A DNA stretch of 64,000 nucleotides from Lachnospiraceae bacterium (GTDB taxonomy: Bacteria; Bacillota; Clostridia; Lachnospirales; Lachnospiraceae): the NCBI GenBank assembly GCA_016284355.1, contig JAEEOQ010000099.1:181-64180 (forward strand). The letters run 5' to 3'. Shown here piece after piece: positions 1 through 7,814 of this stretch. Under the pieces are notes generated by a model that worked only from the letters and a program-made list of their open reading frames with translations, did no database searches and was not told where the DNA came from. Positions within the stretch are counted from its first letter, which is position 1, and each line of letters begins with the position of its first letter. A program made the position numbers and the translations under genes.

Positions 1-195
1 GATAACTACGTCTGTTATTGATGTTTCATCAACTGTAATAGTAACGGTAACATCTCCGCCAAAACCGATCTCGGTAGCAGAATAAGTACCAGGGGTATAT
101 GAAGCTGCTTTAACTACTTTGCTTCCGGCAAAACTCTGAAGGATAACTGCAAGTGAGAGAAGCGCCATAGCGAAAAGTTTAATCTTTTTACTCAT
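1..195 (-). CDS. Secreted FMN-binding (FMN_bind-like) domain protein, N-terminal part only; the gene runs off the window start
   Basis: The minus-strand ATG at 193-195 overlaps the rnfE stop by 1 nt. My translation is MSKKIKLFAMALLSLAVILQSFAG (signal-like), then ...GFGGDVTVTITVDETSITDV, which resembles the FMN_bind domain core. It is not in the ORF track because it is truncated. Confidence 0.55.
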   Translation of the reverse strand, partial: MSKKIKLFAMALLSLAVILQSFAGSKVVKAASYTPGTYSATEIGFGGDVTVTITVDETSITDVVI

Positions 196-938
196 TACTT
201 TGTCTCCTCCTTTGCTGCCTTGGCTGCCTTAGCTGCCTCTGCCTTATTTTCAAGGATCTTTGCGTGGTTTTCAGCACAAATGGCTGCAGAACACTGATCG
301 CATCTTCCGCCGCAGCCTGCTGTGGCAACTACGCTGCCGTTTGTAGCGCTCTTAAGCTTGAACTTGTTCTGAAGAGCGGTAAGACAAGCAAGTACAAGGA
401 ATGCACCCGGTGCCTTTGTAAAGATAGCGATAGGCTCGTAATTGCCCGGCATGATCTGGAAACCAAAGATTGTTCCGGCACCGATAAGCTCTCTTACGAT
501 AGCTACGCTTGTAACACCGATGGTGAAACCGATACCCATACCGATTCCGTCAAAGATCGAAGGAAGGACAGGGTTCTTACTTGCATAAGCCTCTGCACGG
601 CCAAGAATAATACAGTTAACAACGATAAGTGGAATAAATACTCCAAGTGCGTCGTTAAGATCTTTAAAGTAAGCCTTCATAAACATCTGAACGATAGTTG
701 TAAATGAAGCAACAACTACGATGAAGGCAGGAATTCTGACACCGTCAGGAATAACCTTACGAAGTGCAGAAATAATAGCATTTGAACATATAAGAACTAC
801 TGCTGTTGAAAGACCCATACCTACAGCGTTTTTAGCGGATGTGGTAACAGCAAGTGTAGCACACATACCAAGCATAAGAACGAAGGTAGGGTTTTCTTTG
901 ATGATACCGTTATATAAACGTTCTAAACATTTTTTCAT
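195..938 (-). CDS. rnfE: Rnf electron-transport complex subunit E, with an extra Cys-rich C-terminal tail
   Basis: Polytopic membrane protein with RnfE/NqrD-type motifs (NPTFVLMLGMCATLAVT, IPLIVVNCIILGRAEAYASKN). It sits after rnfG in an rnfC-D-G-E order. Confidence 0.9.
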   Translation of the reverse strand: MKKCLERLYNGIIKENPTFVLMLGMCATLAVTTSAKNAVGMGLSTAVVLICSNAIISALRKVIPDGVRIPAFIVVVASFTTIVQMFMKAYFKDLNDALGVFIPLIVVNCIILGRAEAYASKNPVLPSIFDGIGMGIGFTIGVTSVAIVRELIGAGTIFGFQIMPGNYEPIAIFTKAPGAFLVLACLTALQNKFKLKSATNGSVVATAGCGGRCDQCSAAICAENHAKILENKAEAAKAAKAAKEETK

Positions 939-943
939 GAGCT

Positions 944-1546
944 TTACTTACCTCCAAACCCTTTGGCAAGCACAAGAGCAGAGTTAACGGCACCTGTAAC
1001 GGCTCTACTTGTAATGGTAGCTCCGCTTAAGCCTTCGATATTCTCACCAACGGTGAAAGATTCTGCGTCCTGGCCGTAAAACTGTGTTCTCCACTCAGGT
1101 TTATCTTTAGCATTCATACCCATACCTGCGGTCTCATGGATATCGATAAACTCTATGCCTGTAATTTTGCCGTCTGTTGTAACACCGATACTGATAGTAA
1201 GGTCGCCGTCGAATGCCTTTGTACTTTTTGCATTCATAACGTAACCGATAAGATTGCCGCTTGCGTCAACTGCCTCAAAAGCCTCAACAACAGATGCATC
1301 TTTAACACCTGCGCTGCTAAGTGCTTTTTTGTAATCGCCTGATTTAACGTAAGCTGTAAGTTCTTCGCTCTCATTAAACATGTCTGCATCAGCATATACA
1401 GCATAGTAAGCTGCTGTCTTTGCGCGCTGCTCTGCCTCGGCGATAGGACCTTTTGTTATCTCGTTTACAAAAGCAAGGCAAAGTCCGGCAACAACAGTGA
1501 TGATAGTTAAAGCTAAAGTGTCTTTTATGAATGTACTCTTTTTCAT
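944..1546 (-). CDS. rnfG: Rnf complex subunit G (FMN-binding)
   Basis: N-terminal membrane anchor followed by an FMN_bind-like region (DGKITGIEFIDIHETAGMG ... SGATITSRAV). It lies between rnfD and rnfE and overlaps rnfD by 4 nt. Confidence 0.85.
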   Translation of the reverse strand: MKKSTFIKDTLALTIITVVAGLCLAFVNEITKGPIAEAEQRAKTAAYYAVYADADMFNESEELTAYVKSGDYKKALSSAGVKDASVVEAFEAVDASGNLIGYVMNAKSTKAFDGDLTISIGVTTDGKITGIEFIDIHETAGMGMNAKDKPEWRTQFYGQDAESFTVGENIEGLSGATITSRAVTGAVNSALVLAKGFGGK

Positions 1547-2478
1547 GCTTTCTTAGCACCTGCCTTTCCAAATGGCGCAGGAATGGTAACTTTCTCGATA
1601 AGAGGAACAAGAAGGTTGCTGATGATGATAGCATAAGAAACACCTTCTGTAGTAGCTCCCCAAAGTCTGAAGATACCGGTAAGTACGCCTAAAAGCACAG
1701 CGTAGATAACCTGACCCCAAGCTGTGATAGGGCTTGTTGTGTAATCATTTGCCATAAAGAATGCACCGATAAGAAGACCGCCTGTAAGTACCTCGCTAAG
1801 GAGATATTTAGCGTCAAAGCCGAATCTTCCGAAGATGCCGATGAAGATCACTGTTGTAGCAACATATATTACAGGGATCTTCCATGTAATAACTTTCTTT
1901 ATAAGGAGGTAACAAGCACCGATAAGAAGACAAAGAGCACTTGTCTCGCCGATGGTACCTGCATAGTTACCTATAAAGTATGTTAAAAGCTCAGGTGTAG
2001 CACCGCTTCTAAGCTTAGCCATAGGAGTGGCTGCTGAAACACCGTCATATACCCATGCTGTCATACGACCTGCAAAGCTGATCATAAGGAAGCATCTTGC
2101 TGCAAGAGCAGGGTTCATAAAGTTCTGGCCGATACCGCCAAAAAGCATCTTAACCACAAGGATAGCGAAAACGCCGCCAAGTACGCACATCCACCAAGGA
2201 GCGGATGCAGGAAGGTTAAGTGCAAGTAAAAGTCCTGTAACTACTGCTGAAAGATCTCCGATTGTAACCGGCAGTTTCATAAGTTTCTCATAACAGAACT
2301 CGGTACAAACACAAGTAGCAACTGTGATAAGGATCACAAGAGCTGCGCTTAAACCGAAGTTGTAAATACCAAAGCCTGCGGCAGGAAGAAGCGCGATGAT
2401 AACATCGAGCATGATCTTTGTTGTGCTCGCTTTGGATCTGACATGAGGTGATGCCGATACGTTATATAAATTACTCAC
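1543..2478 (-). CDS. rnfD: Rnf complex subunit D
   Basis: Polytopic protein with an RnfD/NqrB-like N-terminus (VSASPHVRS) and a conserved TGATP-like region (SAATPMA). I place the start at the GTG at 2478, preceded by AGAGGTG. The longer track ORF (to 2526) would overlap the end of rnfC. Confidence 0.88.
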   Translation of the reverse strand: MSNLYNVSASPHVRSKASTTKIMLDVIIALLPAAGFGIYNFGLSAALVILITVATCVCTEFCYEKLMKLPVTIGDLSAVVTGLLLALNLPASAPWWMCVLGGVFAILVVKMLFGGIGQNFMNPALAARCFLMISFAGRMTAWVYDGVSAATPMAKLRSGATPELLTYFIGNYAGTIGETSALCLLIGACYLLIKKVITWKIPVIYVATTVIFIGIFGRFGFDAKYLLSEVLTGGLLIGAFFMANDYTTSPITAWGQVIYAVLLGVLTGIFRLWGATTEGVSYAIIISNLLVPLIEKVTIPAPFGKAGAKKA

Positions 2479-2494
2479 TGTATTACACCTCTTT

Positions 2495-3811
2495 CTATTT
2501 CTTCTTGCGATCTGCAAGTATCTCACTACGTGTTCTTACAAATAACTGAGTAAGCTGCTTCTTTGCAGGACATACGTAAGTACAGCTTCCGCAGCCGTAG
2601 CACTCCATACCGTGAAGCTTTTCAAATGTTGCTTTGTCTCCCTTGCGGCAAGCTGCTGCCATCTTGGTAGGAACAAGCTGCATAGGACAAGCTGCAACAC
2701 AGCGACCACATCTGATACAAGCGGTCTCTTTGCTGTCTGCCACATCATCTTTTGCAAGAGCAAGAAGTGATGAGCTTGTCTTTGTAACAGGGATATCAAG
2801 TGTACTTAATGCTTTACCCATCATAGGGCCACCGGAGATGATCTTCTTAGGATCTACTCCAAAACCGCCGGCCTGTTTAACCATCTCGGCATAATGCATA
2901 CCGATACGTACGTTAACATTGACCGGTTCACGCACTGCCTCGCCTGTAAGTGTGATAATTCTTCTGATAAGCGGTGTGCTAAGGCATACTGCGTTGTAAA
3001 TTCCGATAACTGTATCAACATTGTCTACAATACAGCCTGCATCTGCAGGAAGTTTGTCTGAACCGATCTTTCTGCCGGTTACCATGTAGATTATCTGACG
3101 CTCAGCACCCTGTGGGTACTTGGTCTTTAATACTTTTACTGTGATATTTGATTCATTTGCTGTAAGCTCCTGAAGCTTCTTGATGGCTTCAGGCTTATTG
3201 TCTTCGATAGCAATGACACCCTTTGCTCCGTCAAAAAGACTGAGCATAACCTTAAGGCCGCCGATAACCTTTTCCGGCTCCTCAAGTAACATTCTATAAT
3301 CGGATGTGAGATAAGGCTCACATTCTGCTGCGTTCACGATCACGTGATCGATCTTTTCAGGCTCCTTTGGAGCGAGCTTTACATGTGTCGGGAAACCGGC
3401 TCCGCCCATTCCGACAATACCGGCCTCTTTAACGATCTCTTTGATCTCATCTTTACTGAGCTTGGTGTAGTCTCTTTCTTTGCCAAAACCTTCAACCGTT
3501 CTGTACTCTTCGTCGTTTTCGACGATGATGGACATAACCTTTGAACCGTCTACAGTCTGTCTAGGCTCGATAGCCTTAACCTTACCGGAAACAGAGCTGA
3601 TAACAGGAGAAGATACAAAACCTGTAGCTTCTGCTATCTTCTGTCCGACAAGGACAACATCTCCGACAGCAACGATAGGACTGGCCGGAGCGCCGATGTG
3701 CTGGCTTACCGGGAATACCATATCGCCCTTAGGTTGAACGGTCAGCGTAGGCTTATTCATAGAAATAGTTTTACCCTCGTAAGGATGAATTCCACCACGA
3801 AACGTTGACAT
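2495..3811 (-). CDS. rnfC: Rnf complex subunit C (NADH-binding, 2x[4Fe-4S])
   Basis: MSTFRGGIHP N-terminus, a GMGGAGFPTHVK nucleotide-binding motif and two ferredoxin-type motifs (CIRCGRCVAACP and CYGCGSCTYVCP). Confidence 0.92.
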   Translation of the reverse strand: MSTFRGGIHPYEGKTISMNKPTLTVQPKGDMVFPVSQHIGAPASPIVAVGDVVLVGQKIAEATGFVSSPVISSVSGKVKAIEPRQTVDGSKVMSIIVENDEEYRTVEGFGKERDYTKLSKDEIKEIVKEAGIVGMGGAGFPTHVKLAPKEPEKIDHVIVNAAECEPYLTSDYRMLLEEPEKVIGGLKVMLSLFDGAKGVIAIEDNKPEAIKKLQELTANESNITVKVLKTKYPQGAERQIIYMVTGRKIGSDKLPADAGCIVDNVDTVIGIYNAVCLSTPLIRRIITLTGEAVREPVNVNVRIGMHYAEMVKQAGGFGVDPKKIISGGPMMGKALSTLDIPVTKTSSSLLALAKDDVADSKETACIRCGRCVAACPMQLVPTKMAAACRKGDKATFEKLHGMECYGCGSCTYVCPAKKQLTQLFVRTRSEILADRKKK

Positions 3812-3964
3812 ATTCGTAATACCTCTTTCCTTAATATAATAGTTAACAGTTACACAAATTTGACAATGCAGAAAATTTGTTATAAAATCACACGTAGCAA
3901 TTATATCACAATTTTGTCCATTTTCAAATGATTATTGGGCGATAGGGTTTTTAATGAGGCATAA

Positions 3965-3988
3965 AATTGTACTTTTTAAAGTACAATT
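3965..3988. promoter_or_regulatory. Perfect palindrome AATTGTACTTT-TT-AAAGTACAATT, candidate TetR-family operator
   Basis: Two 11-bp perfect inverted arms in the rnfC / tetR divergent intergenic region, about 80 nt upstream of the TetR start. Position and symmetry are the only evidence. Confidence 0.3.
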
Positions 3989-4066
3989 GTCTGATCCGTC
4001 GGATTATTTTTAATTGTTTGATTAATTGATATGATTTTAACAATTTAGGAGAAGACCATTTAAAGT

Positions 4067-4681
4067 ATGAGAAATTTTGATGAAATAGACCGTACTATCC
4101 TTGATATATCAAGACAGCTTTTCTTCGATCAGGGTATCAGGAAAACAGAGATGAAAGATATAGCTTTAAAATGCGGTATCGGCAGAAGTACGCTTTATCG
4201 AAGATTTGAGAGCAAAGATGTTATTGCTTTTTATATTGCAAACGAGATATTGGCAGATCTTTCTGTTGCTACAGATTCCGTTCTTTCAGATGCAGGCGCT
4301 CTTTCCGGTCTTGATAAATTTAAGAAATTTGCTCATTCTTACGCAAATACTCTTATGACTCATCCTTTAGAAGTCCGTTTTCTTGATGAGTTTGACCAGA
4401 TCTTTACAGATGAGTACCCGGCAGAAGTAGGCGAGATATCCTTTACTTCTTCCCACAGCCCTAAGAATCGTTTTCTTATCGACATTATGGAAGAGGGCAA
4501 AAAAGACGGCAGCATGAATTACACCGAAACAGCGGATTATATGGCCTGGCTCTTTACAAATATGATAATGGGCATAGCCCAGCGTGTTTTACCAAGAGAA
4601 AAACACTACATCGAAGAGCAGGGCTACGGCAAAGAATTTGTTTCGTCGGCAGTTGAGATATTTATTAATTCGATCAGATAA
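4067..4681 (+). CDS. TetR/AcrR family transcriptional regulator
   Basis: N-terminal HTH typical of TetR (RKTEMKDIALKCGIGRSTLYRRFESKD). About 200 aa with an all-helical C-terminal half. Confidence 0.85.
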   Translation: MRNFDEIDRTILDISRQLFFDQGIRKTEMKDIALKCGIGRSTLYRRFESKDVIAFYIANEILADLSVATDSVLSDAGALSGLDKFKKFAHSYANTLMTHPLEVRFLDEFDQIFTDEYPAEVGEISFTSSHSPKNRFLIDIMEEGKKDGSMNYTETADYMAWLFTNMIMGIAQRVLPREKHYIEEQGYGKEFVSSAVEIFINSIR

Positions 4682-4684
4682 CTC

Positions 4685-4722
4685 AAAAGCTGTGAACCGC
4701 AACCCGGTTCACAGCTTTTTTG
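4685..4722. terminator. Bidirectional rho-independent terminator
   Basis: A 12-bp GC-containing stem (AGCTGTGAACCG / CGGTTCACAGCT) with a 5-nt loop. It is flanked by AAAA on one side and TTTTTT on the other, and lies between the convergent TetR gene and the rSAM operon. Confidence 0.8.
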
Positions 4723-4875
4723 CTAGTCTTCTATTCCCTTTTGGGTCTCATCGATCAGTTCACTTACAAGTCTGTCTACTTCTTCTTTGTCCCCGTTTTT
4801 ATTAGCCTCTTTTATGGCCTTAAGCCTGAAAAGAAGTCCACGAAGATAACTTTTGAAAACTGCCATGTCTTCCAT
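4723..4875 (-). CDS. Small 50-aa helical protein, last gene of the rSAM/Cys-repeat operon (not in the ORF track)
   Basis: Hand translation gives MEDMAVFKSYLRGLLFRLKAIKEANKNGDKEEVDRLVSELIDETQKGIED. The ATG is preceded by GGAGAGGTGGTG. It lies 42 nt downstream of the rSAM stop and directly upstream of the terminator. I recognise no family. Confidence 0.4.
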   Translation of the reverse strand: MEDMAVFKSYLRGLLFRLKAIKEANKNGDKEEVDRLVSELIDETQKGIED

Positions 4876-4917
4876 AACACCACCTCTCCGTAATTATATT
4901 ATTTTTTTAGAGTTAAA

Positions 4918-6189
4918 TCAATCAAGTGAAAGTATATTTTTCACAAAATCCGCGTCAAGATTGCATTTGATCCGTTCCTTCATACCTTCCGCGCGGTAGA
5001 GGTGATTGAAGTAGTAGGCATTTGCAAGGGCTCTTGCTTTATGCATCCTGCAGATAAAGGTGGTTCGCTTGTCCGGCGTTCCGTAGCAGGTGTAATTGCC
5101 GGCGCTGCACCAGGCGCAGCCCTTTGCCACAGGGCAGTTATAGCACTCATCGGTGCTCTGAGACCGTCTTGTTATACAGTTCATGCATTTTATGCGGGAC
5201 TGCTCAAGGGGCCTTTTCCCGATACCGTTTTTAATGTCCCCTATGGTAAATGGCGGATACTTGTCTCCCACAGAGCTTTCCATGTAGCGAAGACACGGAA
5301 ACAGCTTACCGTCAGGGTCAATTGCCAGCATTTTCCCGGTGCCGCCGCACCAGTTCTCGTTGTCATCTTCTCCCATAGGCTGAAAAAAGTATTCCTCAAA
5401 CAGCGAGACATAGATTTTTTCGTAAAGCTTTTCTCTTATCATTAGATCTGCGATCTTCTTCAGTTCTCTGTAAAAGATCTTCTCGTCCCCTTCTTGCCAC
5501 ACATCTTCAAATACGCAGTTTGCATATATGTCGCGATACCCAAGCTCTATCATGTTAAGCACCGCATCGTAAAGATATGGCAGGTTCTCATGAGAAATAG
5601 TGATCTTAGAGCCAAAATTCCTGTCGGTTTTAAGCATATCAAGGGCCGGCTTTATGGCAAGGTCATAGCTTCCTCTTCCGTCAGGGAACTTTCGGCATGA
5701 GTCGTGAAGCTCTTTATTGCCGTCTATGGTAACGGTGTAACTTAGGTGATGTTCATGTTTTTTAAGAAACGCCTTTACCTTCGGGGTATAGATGGTGCCG
5801 TTTGAAGTTATAGAGACCATCCACCTGTCTTTGTATTTCATATCTCCCGTAAGGGTCTTTTCCTGAAAATAGTCAATTATCTCGTCCATAAGGTCAACAG
5901 CAAGCATAGGCTCGCCCCCGATAAACTCAAGGATAACCCCCGGCAGATGTTTTATATCAAGGTAATCATCAAACCCCTTATCTCCCGTAAAAAGAAGGTC
6001 GATAAATTTCTTTGCAGTCTCAATGTCCATGACCCTGTGGCCTTTGCATATCTGGTAGCAGTACGTACAGGCCAGGTTGCAGTCATCTGTTACCTGCAGC
6101 GTTATGGTCTTTACTATGCCCTCTTCCTTTAATACCGTATTTACAAAATCTCCGAATTCCTGTGCTCTCTTATATAGCTTCACGTGCAT
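4918..6189 (-). CDS. Radical SAM / SPASM-domain peptide (protein) maturase
   Basis: Cx3Cx2C motif in VTDDCNLACTYCYQ. The C-terminal SPASM-like cysteine cluster reads WCGGTGKMLAIDPDGKLFPC ... CMNC ... CYNCPVAKGCAWC. It is adjacent to a cysteine-repeat protein. Confidence 0.9.
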   Translation of the reverse strand: MHVKLYKRAQEFGDFVNTVLKEEGIVKTITLQVTDDCNLACTYCYQICKGHRVMDIETAKKFIDLLFTGDKGFDDYLDIKHLPGVILEFIGGEPMLAVDLMDEIIDYFQEKTLTGDMKYKDRWMVSITSNGTIYTPKVKAFLKKHEHHLSYTVTIDGNKELHDSCRKFPDGRGSYDLAIKPALDMLKTDRNFGSKITISHENLPYLYDAVLNMIELGYRDIYANCVFEDVWQEGDEKIFYRELKKIADLMIREKLYEKIYVSLFEEYFFQPMGEDDNENWCGGTGKMLAIDPDGKLFPCLRYMESSVGDKYPPFTIGDIKNGIGKRPLEQSRIKCMNCITRRSQSTDECYNCPVAKGCAWCSAGNYTCYGTPDKRTTFICRMHKARALANAYYFNHLYRAEGMKERIKCNLDADFVKNILSLD

Positions 6190-6760
6190 TCATTTCCTTT
6201 TTCTTTAATCTAAGTTTTCTGCTGCCAAAATCAAGAGTCCACTCGTAGAGGCAAAGTGGAAAGCCCTTTGGAAGTATTGTCTCTTGAAAGATAACAGCAT
6301 CCATGTAATAGTCGCCCGCCTTCTTTTCATAGTCATTTATCAGCCTGTTTAAGCTGTCTTTAAGGGAATCCCTTGAAAATGCAAACACCACATCATCAAG
6401 AGCCCGCTCCTTCTCATATCCGTCTCTTTGAAGTCTTTCAAAAGCTTCATCTCCTGCTGCCGAAAGGTCTGCATTTATCTCAGACGGCAGGTGCGCATCA
6501 TCAGGGTATATCTGCAGGGTACCTTCAGAATGGTTAACGTAATAATATGCACCCGCAAGATCCATATTTTTAGGGAAAAATCCGGTTTTAAGTCTTACTG
6601 CGATCTTTTCTCTTTCAAGCAGGTTTTTATCAAGATCCGGCTTAAAGGCAGGGATCTTTGCAGCAAGTTCCGTGTAAATGTTTACATACACATCATTTAT
6701 CATTATCTCGGTCAGAAAATCTTCAGGTATCTTAGTTTCATACAAAAGGTCAAATTTCAT
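6170..6760 (-). CDS. Hypothetical protein (196 aa), rSAM-system accessory candidate
   Basis: ATG preceded by AGGAG. It overlaps the upstream gene by 11 nt and the rSAM gene by 20 nt, consistent with translational coupling. No family recognised. Confidence 0.65.
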   Translation of the reverse strand: MKFDLLYETKIPEDFLTEIMINDVYVNIYTELAAKIPAFKPDLDKNLLEREKIAVRLKTGFFPKNMDLAGAYYYVNHSEGTLQIYPDDAHLPSEINADLSAAGDEAFERLQRDGYEKERALDDVVFAFSRDSLKDSLNRLINDYEKKAGDYYMDAVIFQETILPKGFPLCLYEWTLDFGSRKLRLKKKEMNAREAI

Positions 6761-7073
6761 CTGTTATTACTCCTGTATTTCCGTTTGCGGAAAGGAACAC
6801 ATTTAAAAACTCCGTGGTATCGCCAAAAATATATCGGATGTTAGCCACGCATGCGTATTTCCTAAGGATCTCTTTTCCGGCGCTATTTATAAACTTTACC
6901 TCGCTTACATTCTTGTCCGTAAATGAGACCGCGATCTCTTCCGGTGTCTTTTTGCCAAGTTCCTCCTCATTTATAAGAAAATCGTCAAATGCACTCTTTC
7001 CGGGCTCAGCCTTCAGGTTTGCCTGAAGCCTGTCTATTTTAAACTCTGTACCGTCTTTTAAAACTATCTTCAT
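6750..7073 (-). CDS. Hypothetical protein (107 aa), rSAM-system accessory candidate
   Basis: ATG preceded by AAAGGAAG, 51 nt downstream of the Cys-repeat gene. No family recognised. Confidence 0.6.
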   Translation of the reverse strand: MKIVLKDGTEFKIDRLQANLKAEPGKSAFDDFLINEEELGKKTPEEIAVSFTDKNVSEVKFINSAGKEILRKYACVANIRYIFGDTTEFLNVFLSANGNTGVITDEI

Positions 7074-7124
7074 GTATCTTCCTTTCGTGGTTCTTGGTTT
7101 TTGTTTATTTTCTATGGATCTCTT

Positions 7125-7811
7125 TTACTTAAAGGATGAGGACATACAGCTTGAGCCGCCGCAGCCCCCAAGGCATACTCCGGAGCAATTACCGGAGCAC
7201 TTGCTTGAACTTATTGCACACTGTCTTGTACAAACTCCTACGCAGCTTGTACATGCAGATGTACAGTTTCCTTTGCATGCAGATGTACACCCGGAGCACC
7301 CGCCGCTGCAGGTTCCGGTACAAGAGGTGCAGCCTCCGCTGCATCCACCGCTGCAGCCCGTACAGCTTCCGCTGCAGGTTCCCGCACAGCCTCCGCAATA
7401 TGCAGAGCAGGAAACGCAACTTCCCTCGCAGGAACCGGAGCATGAAGTGCAGGCAGAAACGCAGGCAGATATGCATAGTCCGCTGCATGCACCTGCGCAG
7501 GAGCTTTTGGCTCCGTATCTTTTTGTTTCTGCCGCAAGTCTGTCCACATGGGCAATAAGCTCTGTATCAAAGCCATCAGGTATAGGGTCGCCCTTTTTTA
7601 CTTCTTTAAGACCGTTTACGGGAGCTATCTTTAAAATGAGGTCGATGGTTTTTTGCCCGTGCTCTGCCATAACAGGGCTTCCTGCTTCAGGCACCAGGTT
7701 AAAATCATAGTCGCTTCCCGCAAACACGGTCAAAGACCCGTTGCCGTCTCTTCGAAGAAGTTCGCTTTTTATCTTTGCTTTTAGTGTATTGATGTCTTTT
7801 GCGCTTAGCAT
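7125..7811 (-). CDS. Cysteine-repeat protein (228 aa): about 104-aa Cys-free N-terminal domain plus a 125-aa array with 31 Cys; presumed substrate of the adjacent rSAM maturase
   Basis: The C-terminal sequence is CAGACSGLCISACVSACTSCSGSCEGSCVSCSAYCGGCAGTCSGSCTGCSGGCSGGCTSCTGTCSGGCSGCTSACKGNCTSACTSCVGVCTRQC...CSGNCSGVCLGGCGGSSC. The ATG lies 3 nt after the preceding stop. The ORFs on the opposite strand here are low-complexity mirror images. Confidence 0.85.
   Translation of the reverse strand: MLSAKDINTLKAKIKSELLRRDGNGSLTVFAGSDYDFNLVPEAGSPVMAEHGQKTIDLILKIAPVNGLKEVKKGDPIPDGFDTELIAHVDRLAAETKRYGAKSSCAGACSGLCISACVSACTSCSGSCEGSCVSCSAYCGGCAGTCSGSCTGCSGGCSGGCTSCTGTCSGGCSGCTSACKGNCTSACTSCVGVCTRQCAISSSKCSGNCSGVCLGGCGGSSCMSSSFK
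7128..7499 (-). repeat. Coding tandem repeat: C-x2-C-x3-C-x3 units (11 residues, 33 bp), about 6 clear copies inside a longer C-x2/3 array
   Basis: Units read directly: CEGSCVSCSAY, CGGCAGTCSGS, CTGCSGGCSGG, CTSCTGTCSGG, CSGCTSACKGN, CTSACTSCVGV. The region is visibly more GC-rich than its flanks. Confidence 0.85.
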
Positions 7812-7814
7812 AGA

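Noticed and set aside
4918-6189. Annotating the rSAM enzyme as an anaerobic sulfatase-maturating enzyme
   Set aside because: The SPASM architecture is similar, but no sulfatase gene is nearby. The gene is translationally coupled within an operon containing a Cys-repeat protein, so a peptide/protein maturase role is more parsimonious. An HMM comparison is needed to be certain.
7072-7710. A 212-aa plus-strand ORF rich in P/Q/H/L (plus ORFs 7136-7558, 7189-7488 and 7238-7576) overlapping the Cys-repeat gene
   Set aside because: These are reading-frame and antisense images of the GC-rich TGC/TGT/GGC/AGC repeat. They have low-complexity composition and no RBS. The minus-strand frame fits the operon spacing (3 nt after the previous stop) and has a normal N-terminal domain.
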